DNA of 64,000 bases, taken from an uncultured Candidatus Micrarchaeota archaeon (lineage in GTDB: Archaea > Micrarchaeota > Micrarchaeia > Anstonellales > Bilamarchaeaceae). This document shows, piece after piece, positions 30,065 through 38,643 of the stretch. The stretch covers positions 441 through 64,440 of the forward strand of contig CAIKOA010000006.1 in the NCBI GenBank assembly GCA_903828955.1, written 5' to 3'. Within the stretch, counting starts at the first letter, position 1, and every line of letters starts with the position of its first letter. Below the pieces are notes generated by a model. That model was not told the origin of the DNA and ran no database searches. It was given only the letters and a program-made list of their open reading frames with translations. The translations under genes and the position numbers were made by a program.

Positions 30065-31965
30065 AACATCTCTTCAAGCTGTTCAACCGTCGCAAGCGAA
30101 ACAAGGCCGTTTGCCCGCTTCACTTCCAGCATCGCGTGCTCATCCCCGCTCAGGGATTTAGTGAATTTCCTCTTGTCCTCCTCGTCTTCGAATACAAGTA
30201 TGAGCTTCTTCTGTATTTCCGCATACTGGATTGAAATCAATGCAGACCCAATGTCGAACCCGTCCTTCTTCTCGTTGAATTCAACCCCGTTCACTACGAG
30301 CGCATCCCTTATCTGCCGCTTCAGCACGTTGTTGCGCACATCGCCCCAGCCCGTAAGCTGGTAGTGCTCCCCATACCTCTCCACAAGCCCCCTATTTTCA
30401 AGCTTCTTGAGGACGGCTTCCAAATCCCCGTCGAACATGTCCGCGCCGTCGGTTATGTCCCGCCTTGCTTCGTATGCGATTTCCGCAGCCGTCACCGGAA
30501 CCTTTTCCCACCCAAACCTTTCCTGCGCCCTTTCTATGCACTCGACAATCTGCACGGCCGTAACTTCCAGCGGCCTTCTTTCCTGCCTCGCCATTTTCTC
30601 TATTTTCAGCACGTACACAGGCTTCCTTCTCATTGTTGCAAGCACGTATACGACCACGATCAGGACGACCACGAACGGCCCGTACCTGATGTACGCTTCG
30701 AATGTGCTTTCCTGTGTGCGCGTATAAGTGATGTCCTGCTTGTACTCAAGATATTGTATCCTGAAGATGTTGTCCCCGCTCCTCAGTTTTTCATTCACCG
30801 AGGCGGTACCGTCAATTATCGAGTAGTCCTTGGGTTCCCCGTCATTTACGGAAACCGTGATCTTTCCCTCTTTCAGGGGCTCCCCATCCACATTCACGCT
30901 GAAAACAGTCCTTATGTCCCAGGCCTCCTCCAGCTTCACATCCACCTTTTTCACATGTATGTAAGTGGAGCCGAGCATCCCCGAGCTGTCATACACCTTT
31001 ACAATGTAATCTCCGGGCTCCTCAAATGAATATGTATAATAGAACGCCTTTTCCACCCCAATTCTCCCGAGCTCTTCGCCCTGGAGCACCTTCCCGTCCT
31101 TTTCAACAGTGTAGAACGCCTTCCCGCTCGTATTGCTAAGGGTAAAGGAAACCGCAGCCCTTTCCCATGGATACACTTCCCCATCCGTTTCCATTTTTAC
31201 GGGCTCCTTGGGAAGAAGCCCGGAATTCACAACCGCCATCTGGTTGTTCGTGGTATAGACCGCCCTCAGGTACCCGTTTTCCGCGAGCGGCACAAACAGG
31301 CTATTGTCCCCGTCATACTCTGCAAACGGCCGTGACACCTCGGAAACAACCGCCCACCTGTTTTCAAGCAATTCCCTTTTGAGCGCATCAACCTTTGTTT
31401 TGTCATCCATGAATTCATCAAGGGTGTATTCCTTCACGAGTATCTTGCTTTTTGTGGCCTCATCCAGGTTGGTATACCAGTAGTCCTTCCTGAGGCTGCT
31501 CGCCATCTTCATGTCCGTTTTTCCGATGTAAATAAGCGTATTGAAACTTCCGGTGGAGCCAATCGTATTCAGGATATAATCCGGAATCGCCCCTGTAGGG
31601 ACAATGATTATTGCGTCCCTCTCTTTGAGCACTTCCGTGCCATGCACCACCTCCACTTCCATCCCGTAGTCGCGGAGAGTTTGCATTTCCGTGACAAAAG
31701 AATCAAAGGTGTCCATCCCGATCCCGGTTTCGCTCAGAATCACGACCCTGTCCCTTGGCTTTTCACCAAGCGCAAGAAGCGAGATGTTCCCAGTTCCGTT
31801 TGCATGGTAGAGGCAATATCCGTATCCCCCGGCCCTTCCCTGCGAAGTTATGTCCACATAACCCGCGGGGGCGGATTCTTTCGGAGCCTGGAAAAGCGCG
31901 AGCAGAAGGGTCCCTGCAAGGAACGCAAAAACAACGAACCCCACTATGAACAATGTCCTATTCAT
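30061..31965 (-). CDS. Membrane protein with large external domain and C-terminal wHTH-like region
   Basis: Likely start MNRTLFIVG overlapping the pheS stop; two TM segments; LEAVLKKLENRGLVER in the tail. Confidence 0.65.
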   Translation of the reverse strand: MNRTLFIVGFVVFAFLAGTLLLALFQAPKESAPAGYVDITSQGRAGGYGYCLYHANGTGNISLLALGEKPRDRVVILSETGIGMDTFDSFVTEMQTLRDYGMEVEVVHGTEVLKERDAIIIVPTGAIPDYILNTIGSTGSFNTLIYIGKTDMKMASSLRKDYWYTNLDEATKSKILVKEYTLDEFMDDKTKVDALKRELLENRWAVVSEVSRPFAEYDGDNSLFVPLAENGYLRAVYTTNNQMAVVNSGLLPKEPVKMETDGEVYPWERAAVSFTLSNTSGKAFYTVEKDGKVLQGEELGRIGVEKAFYYTYSFEEPGDYIVKVYDSSGMLGSTYIHVKKVDVKLEEAWDIRTVFSVNVDGEPLKEGKITVSVNDGEPKDYSIIDGTASVNEKLRSGDNIFRIQYLEYKQDITYTRTQESTFEAYIRYGPFVVVLIVVVYVLATMRRKPVYVLKIEKMARQERRPLEVTAVQIVECIERAQERFGWEKVPVTAAEIAYEARRDITDGADMFDGDLEAVLKKLENRGLVERYGEHYQLTGWGDVRNNVLKRQIRDALVVNGVEFNEKKDGFDIGSALISIQYAEIQKKLILVFEDEEDKRKFTKSLSGDEHAMLEVKRANGLVSLATVEQLEEML

Positions 31966-33350
31966 TACTTCACTCCTTCGCCCCGGAGCCAGTCGAGGTC
32001 GTTTCTGTAAAACGTCCTTATATCTTTTAAGCCTTCCATCAGCATCAGGGGCCTTTCCAAGCTCAATCCCCATGCGAGAACGGGATAAACTTCGCAGATC
32101 GGTTTTGTCATTTCAGGCCTTAAAATCCCCGCGCCTCCGATTTCCATCCATTCCTTCCGCTCTTCGTAGAATACTTCCACTTCCACGCTCGGTTCAGTAT
32201 ATGGGAAGTAGCTCGGCCTGAACCTCACTTTCTCAAAGCCGAATCTTGAATAGAATTCCTTGATTAATCCGAATAAATCCCTTAGAGTTGCCTTATCCCA
32301 GGCAACTATCCCCTCCACCTGGTGGAATTCCGCCAAATGCTTGAAATCCGTTGCCTCATTCCTGAATACCCTCCCAATCGCAAAATATTTCTTCCCCTCA
32401 TTCCCCTTCAGTTTATTCAGGTACCTTGCGCTGAGCGCGGTTGTATGCGTGCGGAGCACCCTTCTCTTTGCCTCCCCCTCGCTCCACTTATATTTCCACC
32501 CTTTCTCATGCGCCTTCTTAACTTTCTCCACAATTTCTTTTTCCGGGAGCTCCTCTTCCCCTTCCAAATAGAAAGTATCCGCCATCTCGCGCGCAGGGTG
32601 GTCCTGCGGCTGGAAGAGCGCATCGAAATTCCAGAACGCGCTCTCCACCATGTTCCCTTCCATCTCCTCAAAACCCAAATCCTCGAAAACCCTCCTTACT
32701 TTCTGGGTCATTTTCGTAATCGGGTGCGCCTTTCCAATCGGCGCATCTTTAGTAGGCGCAATCGCATAAGGCCGGAATTCCGCGTTCTTCCACGCGCCGC
32801 TAGTAATTATTTGCGAAGTGAGTTCCCCAATTTCTTCTTTTATTTCCCCAATTCCCTTCGCTTCCTTTTTTCCCGCCTCGGTAAGGGAAACGATAGTCTC
32901 CTTCCCCCTCTCTTCCTTCAATAATTTTCTTTTAAGCAGTATTTCCAAATCCGCCTTTGCCGCCTTTTCCGGGGAAGCAGCTGCCTTTGCAAGCGAATAG
33001 TCTCCGGGCTCTTTCAGCTTTTTTACCTTCCCATCAACGACTTCTATCCATCCATTCCTCTTTGCCCATTGCAGCCCGATTTTCCCTTCCCCATCCAGTT
33101 CTGAAACCATGCTCCCGTCTTTCCAGAGAAGGTTCACTTCCGGGAACCCGTCTTTTATATATTTTTCGCATTCAGGGGTTCTTGAAAATCCGGAGCTCTC
33201 CCTTTCCTCTACTTTTGCAAGCCCCTTTTCCTGCAGCCAGAACGCCGCCCTCCTTGCGCTGTCCGGGTTCAGCCCGAGCCCCTCAACCCCGGACTTCCCA
33301 ATCCGTTCAAGCGCCTTTAGCAGTTCCTTCTCTGTCCTGTGAAGTATCAT
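31965..33350 (-). CDS. pheS: Phenylalanine--tRNA ligase alpha subunit
   Basis: FWNFDALFQPQDHPARE, LRTHTT, FRNE...HLAEFHQVEG, YFPYTEPS, AWGLSLER. Confidence 0.96.
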   Translation of the reverse strand: MILHRTEKELLKALERIGKSGVEGLGLNPDSARRAAFWLQEKGLAKVEERESSGFSRTPECEKYIKDGFPEVNLLWKDGSMVSELDGEGKIGLQWAKRNGWIEVVDGKVKKLKEPGDYSLAKAAASPEKAAKADLEILLKRKLLKEERGKETIVSLTEAGKKEAKGIGEIKEEIGELTSQIITSGAWKNAEFRPYAIAPTKDAPIGKAHPITKMTQKVRRVFEDLGFEEMEGNMVESAFWNFDALFQPQDHPAREMADTFYLEGEEELPEKEIVEKVKKAHEKGWKYKWSEGEAKRRVLRTHTTALSARYLNKLKGNEGKKYFAIGRVFRNEATDFKHLAEFHQVEGIVAWDKATLRDLFGLIKEFYSRFGFEKVRFRPSYFPYTEPSVEVEVFYEERKEWMEIGGAGILRPEMTKPICEVYPVLAWGLSLERPLMLMEGLKDIRTFYRNDLDWLRGEGVK

Positions 33351-34165
33351 TTCACTACCTTCCTTACCCTTGTTTGCAGGTGGAGGTATCCGCCCACAAT
33401 AATTACGATTAATATGATAAGCGCAATCCCCTCAGGCCCTGAGAAAACCTGCATGATCGCATCCTTTGAGTCCGTGAAGAAAGCCAGCACCTCATCATCA
33501 AGCCCCTCCTCCCTCTCAAAAACAATGCTGAACCTTGCAAGGACCGTATTCTTCCAGCTCATTTCCTTCAGGTTCTTCATGTCCGCCCGCGCAACGCCTT
33601 CAGGGAGCGGGTTCACTTCAATTGCTTTCGCATCGTCCGGAAGAATCACGCTCAGCCTTTCGTTTTCCCCAAGGATCACATCCCCAAGGCCGCTCTCCTC
33701 AAAACCGAGCGCAGAAGGGTTCAATGAATACCTGGTGGTCCTCGGCTTGTAGTTATCCAGTATGAAAATCCCGGTATCGTTCACGATTTTCCCATTCTTG
33801 TCCAGATAACCGTCCACATGGTAGGTTATCTTCAATTGGCCGTGGCAGAGGTCCGCAAGCGGGTTGCACTGGTATACGGGCTGCGGCCTCACCACCACGT
33901 TGCTTATATCCACATATCTATTATCCACGTGGCACCTTGCATCCTGCAGGCCGGTGAGCTCGCTCCAGCTTGCCAGATTGTTTTGCGACAAGCCGCTCTT
34001 ATACAGGTCAATGCTGTTCTGGGTGGTTATCAGGAGGCCCAGGTTCTCGGTTATCTCCGCGCTCCCGTCCGGATTCACATCGATTGCTACATCCATTGAG
34101 GTGAGCGTGATCGCGGAATGCGAGAATGACAGGCACAGAAGCAAAACCAGCAATAGGTTGCGCAT
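33347..34165 (-). CDS. Secreted/membrane-anchored hypothetical protein
   Basis: Signal peptide and C-terminal TM; coupled to pheS. Confidence 0.65.
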   Translation of the reverse strand: MRNLLLVLLLCLSFSHSAITLTSMDVAIDVNPDGSAEITENLGLLITTQNSIDLYKSGLSQNNLASWSELTGLQDARCHVDNRYVDISNVVVRPQPVYQCNPLADLCHGQLKITYHVDGYLDKNGKIVNDTGIFILDNYKPRTTRYSLNPSALGFEESGLGDVILGENERLSVILPDDAKAIEVNPLPEGVARADMKNLKEMSWKNTVLARFSIVFEREEGLDDEVLAFFTDSKDAIMQVFSGPEGIALIILIVIIVGGYLHLQTRVRKVVK

Positions 34166-34334
34166 AAGGCGGTTTTCCCGCTTTTATATTTAAATATTGC
34201 CCCTATGCGGGTTTTTTGCCGTTTCCTTTTCCCATTTGCCTATCTTCGCAGGAAACCTTAGAAACATTTATAAAGATTATCGGAGAGTTCGGAGCTACAA
34301 TCCTACCTAAAATACGGATAAAAAAAGTGATGAT

Positions 34335-35015
34335 ATGAATAAAACCATATGGGCAATTGCCTTCGTGGTGTTGGCGTGCGGCGTAAGCTTCGCTATGGAT
34401 AATGCCTCGATAACTCCAGGCACTCAATCCGAGTATGAGCAGGCAGTATCCGCAGGCAACATAACTACTGAAGGAGGGAATGTAACTGCAGTGAATATCG
34501 ACGCGAACACGTCCACTGAGAAGTGGGCTGGTTTCTTCGGAAATGTTACGGGTACAATTGTGCTCGCTCAGTCAGGCGACACGAGCTTCCTGTACAACTG
34601 GACCGCAAATGGGACCACCGGTGAAGTTTGCGTAAGTGCTACTCCAAATTGGGGAACGCTTCACGAACTAACCACTGCAGTAGGAGGACTCATTGATACG
34701 GCTTGGGGCTTCAACGCAACCGAGGCGGACTCCGGAACTAACACAGTCAACGGCAGCACCAATGTCTACAACATCGAGGCTAAGGATTATACCACGGACG
34801 CTATAACGACTGGCGGGGGCTTCATGACAGGAATCTTTGGCTTTAATACAGCTACGCCAACAGTACCGACTGACTTTGCGTTCTGCGTGAACACTACTGC
34901 TTCAGGGAAGTACTACAAGGGCACCGATGCGAACTACGAGCTTATGGCTCCGACTCCGGACTCAGAAGACGGGTCTCAGACTCAGACCTACTACTTCTTC
35001 GTGGAGTTAGTCTGA
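34335..35015 (+). CDS. Secreted Thr/Gly/Asn-rich beta protein, candidate abundant surface structural subunit
   Basis: Signal peptide; EGGNVT...WAGFFGNVTG...YNW; C-terminal YYFFVELV; stand-alone gene followed by a T-tract. Confidence 0.7.
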   Translation: MNKTIWAIAFVVLACGVSFAMDNASITPGTQSEYEQAVSAGNITTEGGNVTAVNIDANTSTEKWAGFFGNVTGTIVLAQSGDTSFLYNWTANGTTGEVCVSATPNWGTLHELTTAVGGLIDTAWGFNATEADSGTNTVNGSTNVYNIEAKDYTTDAITTGGGFMTGIFGFNTATPTVPTDFAFCVNTTASGKYYKGTDANYELMAPTPDSEDGSQTQTYYFFVELV

Positions 35016-35020
35016 AGGAA

Positions 35021-35049
35021 TCCTTTCCTTCTTTTTTCTTTTATTTTCT
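35021..35049 (+). terminator. Oligo-T terminator
   Basis: tcctttccttcttttttcttttattttct directly after the stop of 34335-35015. Confidence 0.6.
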
Positions 35050-35193
35050 AAAACCAAACCTCTAATCGCTGAAAAATAAAAACCAGAATCAGTCTATTTC
35101 GTTTGCATTTTATGTTACTTTCAATTAACGCAAAGTGGATTTTGTGTCAAGTAAGTTTAACATAAACTGGAATAGGCCTTACTCACAAAGCGC

Positions 35194-35229
35194 GTTTAGT
35201 TTTAGTGTCATAACTCACCAAAACTAAAC
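35194..35229. repeat. 14-8-14 inverted repeat upstream of the Fic gene
   Basis: GTTTAGTTTTAGTG-tcataact-CACCAAAACTAAAC, with 13/14 arm match. Confidence 0.65.
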
Positions 35230-35291
35230 TACAGTTTATTTTTGATATAAAATGATACCATTTATAAACTCTTTTGTCCAGCCTATTACTC

Positions 35292-36509
35292 ATGAAAACT
35301 AAATGGGACTGCCTTTTCGCCCTTTTTGAACTCAAGGAGGCAAAATTAAGCGCAATCGCAAAAAAAGCCGGCACGTCAAACTCCAGCGCGCGGCAGAAAC
35401 TAGTCTCCCTCATGAAGGATTCCCTAATCAGCGAAGAAAAGGAAACCTACCGGCCGACCAAGAACCCAAATTCCTGGAACGCCTTCAACATAATGAAATT
35501 CTGCAGGGCCAAAGGAATAAACTACAACCTCTTCCTGAATGAAGAGTTTGCAAAAATACTCGAAACCGGCTTAGGCAAAAACGAAGCCACATTGGAAGAT
35601 TTCAAAGGAAGCCCCCAGACAACGAGAAAATACCTCGCCCACCTGTCACGCTTAAACCTGCTCTTCGTCATTTCAAAAAAACCGCTCAAAGTAAAATTCA
35701 TAAACGACCCGGTGTTCAGCGAAGTGCTCGCTTTCTTCAAAATCCCGGAAAAACCCCAAAAAGAATCCAAAACCCCGCCGCAGGAATACCGGGAGATTGA
35801 AGCGCTGCTCAAAAAATTCAAAAGGGAAAAAACGAACCCGGGCCTCTCAGCAATGGAAGAAGAGCAAAAAATCGAATTCACCTCAGCCTCAACCCAATTG
35901 GAGGGGAATACGTTCACTTTGGAGGAATCGAAAGAGCTCCTCCTCCACGACATCATCCCCCCGGATAAAAAACTAAAGGAAGCCAACGAAGTGAAAAATT
36001 ACTACGCCGCGGTCAATTACCTGTTCAACCACCTTGATGAGCCATTATCCATAGATTACGTCCTGGACCTGCACCGGATAGTGGTTTTCAACCTCGGAGT
36101 AAAAGAAGGGGTGAGGAACTCCCAGGTTTCAATACGGGGCAATCCTTTCTACAAGGTTTCTCCTTTCCCGGAGATTTTCCCGAAGCTGGATTCCCTCTGC
36201 AAAAAAATCAATGAATTCCTCAAAGAAAAAAGAACCGCCGGGGAAACAATCGAATTTGCAACGTACGCCCATAACGAGTTCCAGCATATCCATCCATTTG
36301 AGGATGGGAACAGCCGCGTAACTCGCCTCCTCTGGAATTACGTTCTGATGCGAAACGGGTTCCCGCTTATCAATATCTACTCAAATGCGCGGGAAGAATA
36401 CATTTCATTGACCAAACTTGCAAGGCAAAGGGACGATAAGAGATTGAATGCATTCCTTGCAAAAATAATCCAGAATAATTTGTATAAAATAATGCGCGCC
36501 CCAGGGTAG
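35292..36509 (+). CDS. Fic-domain protein with N-terminal HTH
   Basis: HPFEDGNSRVTR Fic motif; STQLEGN inhibitory motif; N-terminal LSAIAKKAGTSNSSARQKL HTH. Confidence 0.88.
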   Translation: MKTKWDCLFALFELKEAKLSAIAKKAGTSNSSARQKLVSLMKDSLISEEKETYRPTKNPNSWNAFNIMKFCRAKGINYNLFLNEEFAKILETGLGKNEATLEDFKGSPQTTRKYLAHLSRLNLLFVISKKPLKVKFINDPVFSEVLAFFKIPEKPQKESKTPPQEYREIEALLKKFKREKTNPGLSAMEEEQKIEFTSASTQLEGNTFTLEESKELLLHDIIPPDKKLKEANEVKNYYAAVNYLFNHLDEPLSIDYVLDLHRIVVFNLGVKEGVRNSQVSIRGNPFYKVSPFPEIFPKLDSLCKKINEFLKEKRTAGETIEFATYAHNEFQHIHPFEDGNSRVTRLLWNYVLMRNGFPLINIYSNAREEYISLTKLARQRDDKRLNAFLAKIIQNNLYKIMRAPG

Positions 36510-36557
36510 AACGGGCTCGCCAAACGCGCCATATACCAAACGCACTAAGCGCCCATT

Positions 36558-36950
36558 CTACTTCTGCAGCATCTTAGGTATGTCCTCGCAATTCAATGCG
36601 AGTTTCATAAACCCAATCTCAGATAGCGATACCCATCTCCCAAGGGAATGCTCAGGCCCCAGAAAGAACTGGGAACCATTAACCTCTCCAGAGAACACCA
36701 GATAGACGGAGTGCTTCTCCACCCCATTCTTCTCATAAGTAGCAGAAGTAACCCCTAAGTATTCGCAAGTAGTTGCAGAAAGCCCGGTCTCTTCCCGCAA
36801 TTCCCTTTTCGCAGACACTTCTGGCATCTCGCCCCAGTCCACTCCGCCCCCGGGGAATTCCCACACCTCATTATCCTTTCTTTTAAGCAGCAGTACCTTT
36901 CCCTCAAAGAAAGGCACAAAGCAAGCGTTCAGTTCCTGTATTCTTTCCAT
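36558..36950 (-). CDS. NUDIX hydrolase
   Basis: Nudix box GGGVDWGEMPEVSAKRELREETG. Confidence 0.9.
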   Translation of the reverse strand: MERIQELNACFVPFFEGKVLLLKRKDNEVWEFPGGGVDWGEMPEVSAKRELREETGLSATTCEYLGVTSATYEKNGVEKHSVYLVFSGEVNGSQFFLGPEHSLGRWVSLSEIGFMKLALNCEDIPKMLQK

Positions 36951-36961
36951 TATTATCCCCT

Positions 36962-37558
36962 TCAGCAGGCCCCGTTAGAGCACTGGCATATATACCCATA
37001 AGAGCGGTAGTTCCCATTCTCTGTGCAGAAGTATTCCTTCAGATTGTTCACATCTATGCACGTATCCTCAAACGGATACTCATCCACAACGCTTCCATCC
37101 GTATAATGCTTTATGAGGTGGATTTTCCCCTTTTGGTACTTATTGTCCCCCCCATCCGAATCTATGCACTCCGTATAATTGATCATGGGCGCGCAAACCC
37201 CGTTTGTGCACGCGCACTTCACCGCCTCGTGCATCAACGCCCCGCCTTCGCAATAATACTCATATAATGTATTGGAATCATAGCAGAAATCATCCTTCTC
37301 TTCCTTAACAACCCCATTCTCGGTAAGTTTGGCGGTCCCCTTTTTGCTGATTTCAAAACCAAAATCCGAATCGCTGCATTCTTCAATTACTGAAATCTGG
37401 TTTGGAGGAGTTTTAGGCTCCGGATTGGTATAAGTCGTAGGGGTTGCAGGAGGCTGGGAGGCATTCTTTGTAGTCGTGTCCCCTTCGTGCCCGTTCTTTT
37501 CCATGCACCCAAAAGAAAGAGCAAGCAGGATTCCAACTAATAGAAATTTCAGATCCAT
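36962..37558 (-). CDS. Putative lipoprotein with two Cys-rich CxDSD repeats
   Basis: LSFGC lipobox-like signal; two repeats CxDSD...KG...DxC....LxEYxC...CxCxNGxC. Confidence 0.7.
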   Translation of the reverse strand: MDLKFLLVGILLALSFGCMEKNGHEGDTTTKNASQPPATPTTYTNPEPKTPPNQISVIEECSDSDFGFEISKKGTAKLTENGVVKEEKDDFCYDSNTLYEYYCEGGALMHEAVKCACTNGVCAPMINYTECIDSDGGDNKYQKGKIHLIKHYTDGSVVDEYPFEDTCIDVNNLKEYFCTENGNYRSYGYICQCSNGAC

Positions 37559-37625
37559 ATGGTTCTCTTGTATGTAAATAATTAAAACAGCAGCGGCTAT
37601 TTCCGGAACTCTGAAAAAAGAAATA

Positions 37626-37697
37626 TAGCCCCGCCCGGATTCGAACCGGGGTCAGAGGATCCAGAGTCCCCTATCCTTGCCGCTAGACTACGGGGCT
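37626..37697 (-). tRNA. tRNA-Gln(CTG)
   Basis: AGCCCCG/CGGGGCT acceptor, CT-CTG-GA loop, GGTTCGAATCC. Confidence 0.92.
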
Positions 37698-37899
37698 ATG
37701 CAAACTTCTCAAGCCTGGCAAGCTTGCAGGGGTTATTAGAGCCGATTTCTTTATAATATTTTACCAAAGGCATTCCAGTCCGCCGCGCCCGTTTTTCCAA
37801 TGCAACCAGTGGCGCCCGTTGCGCAGCGGAACAATCCCCTCAGAAGCACCCCATCCCCAAACAAAATGATTATTAACTATATATACAATTGGTATCCTT

Positions 37900-38643
37900 A
37901 TGGCAACTAAAAAAAAGATACCTTACATTCCAGCCAGCAAGATCGAAAGAGTGCCTAGCGGCATCCCGGGCCTCGACGGCATGATCTGCGGGGGCTTCGT
38001 GGAAAACAGCACCGTCCTAGTGCAGGGCGGAACCGGCTCAGGGAAAACCCTCCTCTGCCTCCAGTACCTCTGCAAAGGCGCCACTGATTATAATGAACCA
38101 GGGGTCTACATGAGCTTTGCGGAATCCGAGTCCCTCATATACCAGCACGGCGCGCAATTCGGCTGGGATTTTGAGAAGCTTGAAAAAGAGGGGAAGTTCA
38201 AGGTGATACGCTACCAGCCCCACGAAATCGTGAAAATCATAGATGAAGGAGGGGGCGTAATCCGCGATACGGTCGAAGCAATGGGCGCAAAGCGGCTCGT
38301 AATAGATTCGCTGAGCGCATACGAGATGCTCTTTGAAAACAAATACCGGGCAAACGAATCCGTCCTCACCCTGCTTGAAATACTCCGCAAATGGAACACC
38401 ACTTCTCTCGTCACTTCCGAGAAGGCGATAAGCCTGGCAAGGGGCGGGAAAGACCGGCTCGGCTTCCTCACCGACGGAATCGTCAATCTTTATTATCTGA
38501 GGTCGGGCATGCACCGCTTGCGCGCGGTTGAAATCCTCAAAATGAGGGACACGCAACACAGCGACGAGGTGCACATCTTCAATCTTGACCGCAATGGGCT
38601 TAGCGTTACCAAGAAGGTGGGAGATGTCCGCAAGCAGCAGTAA
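37900..38643 (+). CDS. KaiC/RAD55-family ATPase (single domain)
   Basis: SGIPGLD, GGTGSGKT, RLVIDS, EILKMR; first gene of the pilus operon. Confidence 0.88.
   Translation: MATKKKIPYIPASKIERVPSGIPGLDGMICGGFVENSTVLVQGGTGSGKTLLCLQYLCKGATDYNEPGVYMSFAESESLIYQHGAQFGWDFEKLEKEGKFKVIRYQPHEIVKIIDEGGGVIRDTVEAMGAKRLVIDSLSAYEMLFENKYRANESVLTLLEILRKWNTTSLVTSEKAISLARGGKDRLGFLTDGIVNLYYLRSGMHRLRAVEILKMRDTQHSDEVHIFNLDRNGLSVTKKVGDVRKQQ

Noticed and set aside
35233-35270. dif-like Xer site
   Set aside because: One arm looks plausible, but the partner arm does not give the expected 11-6-11 symmetry.
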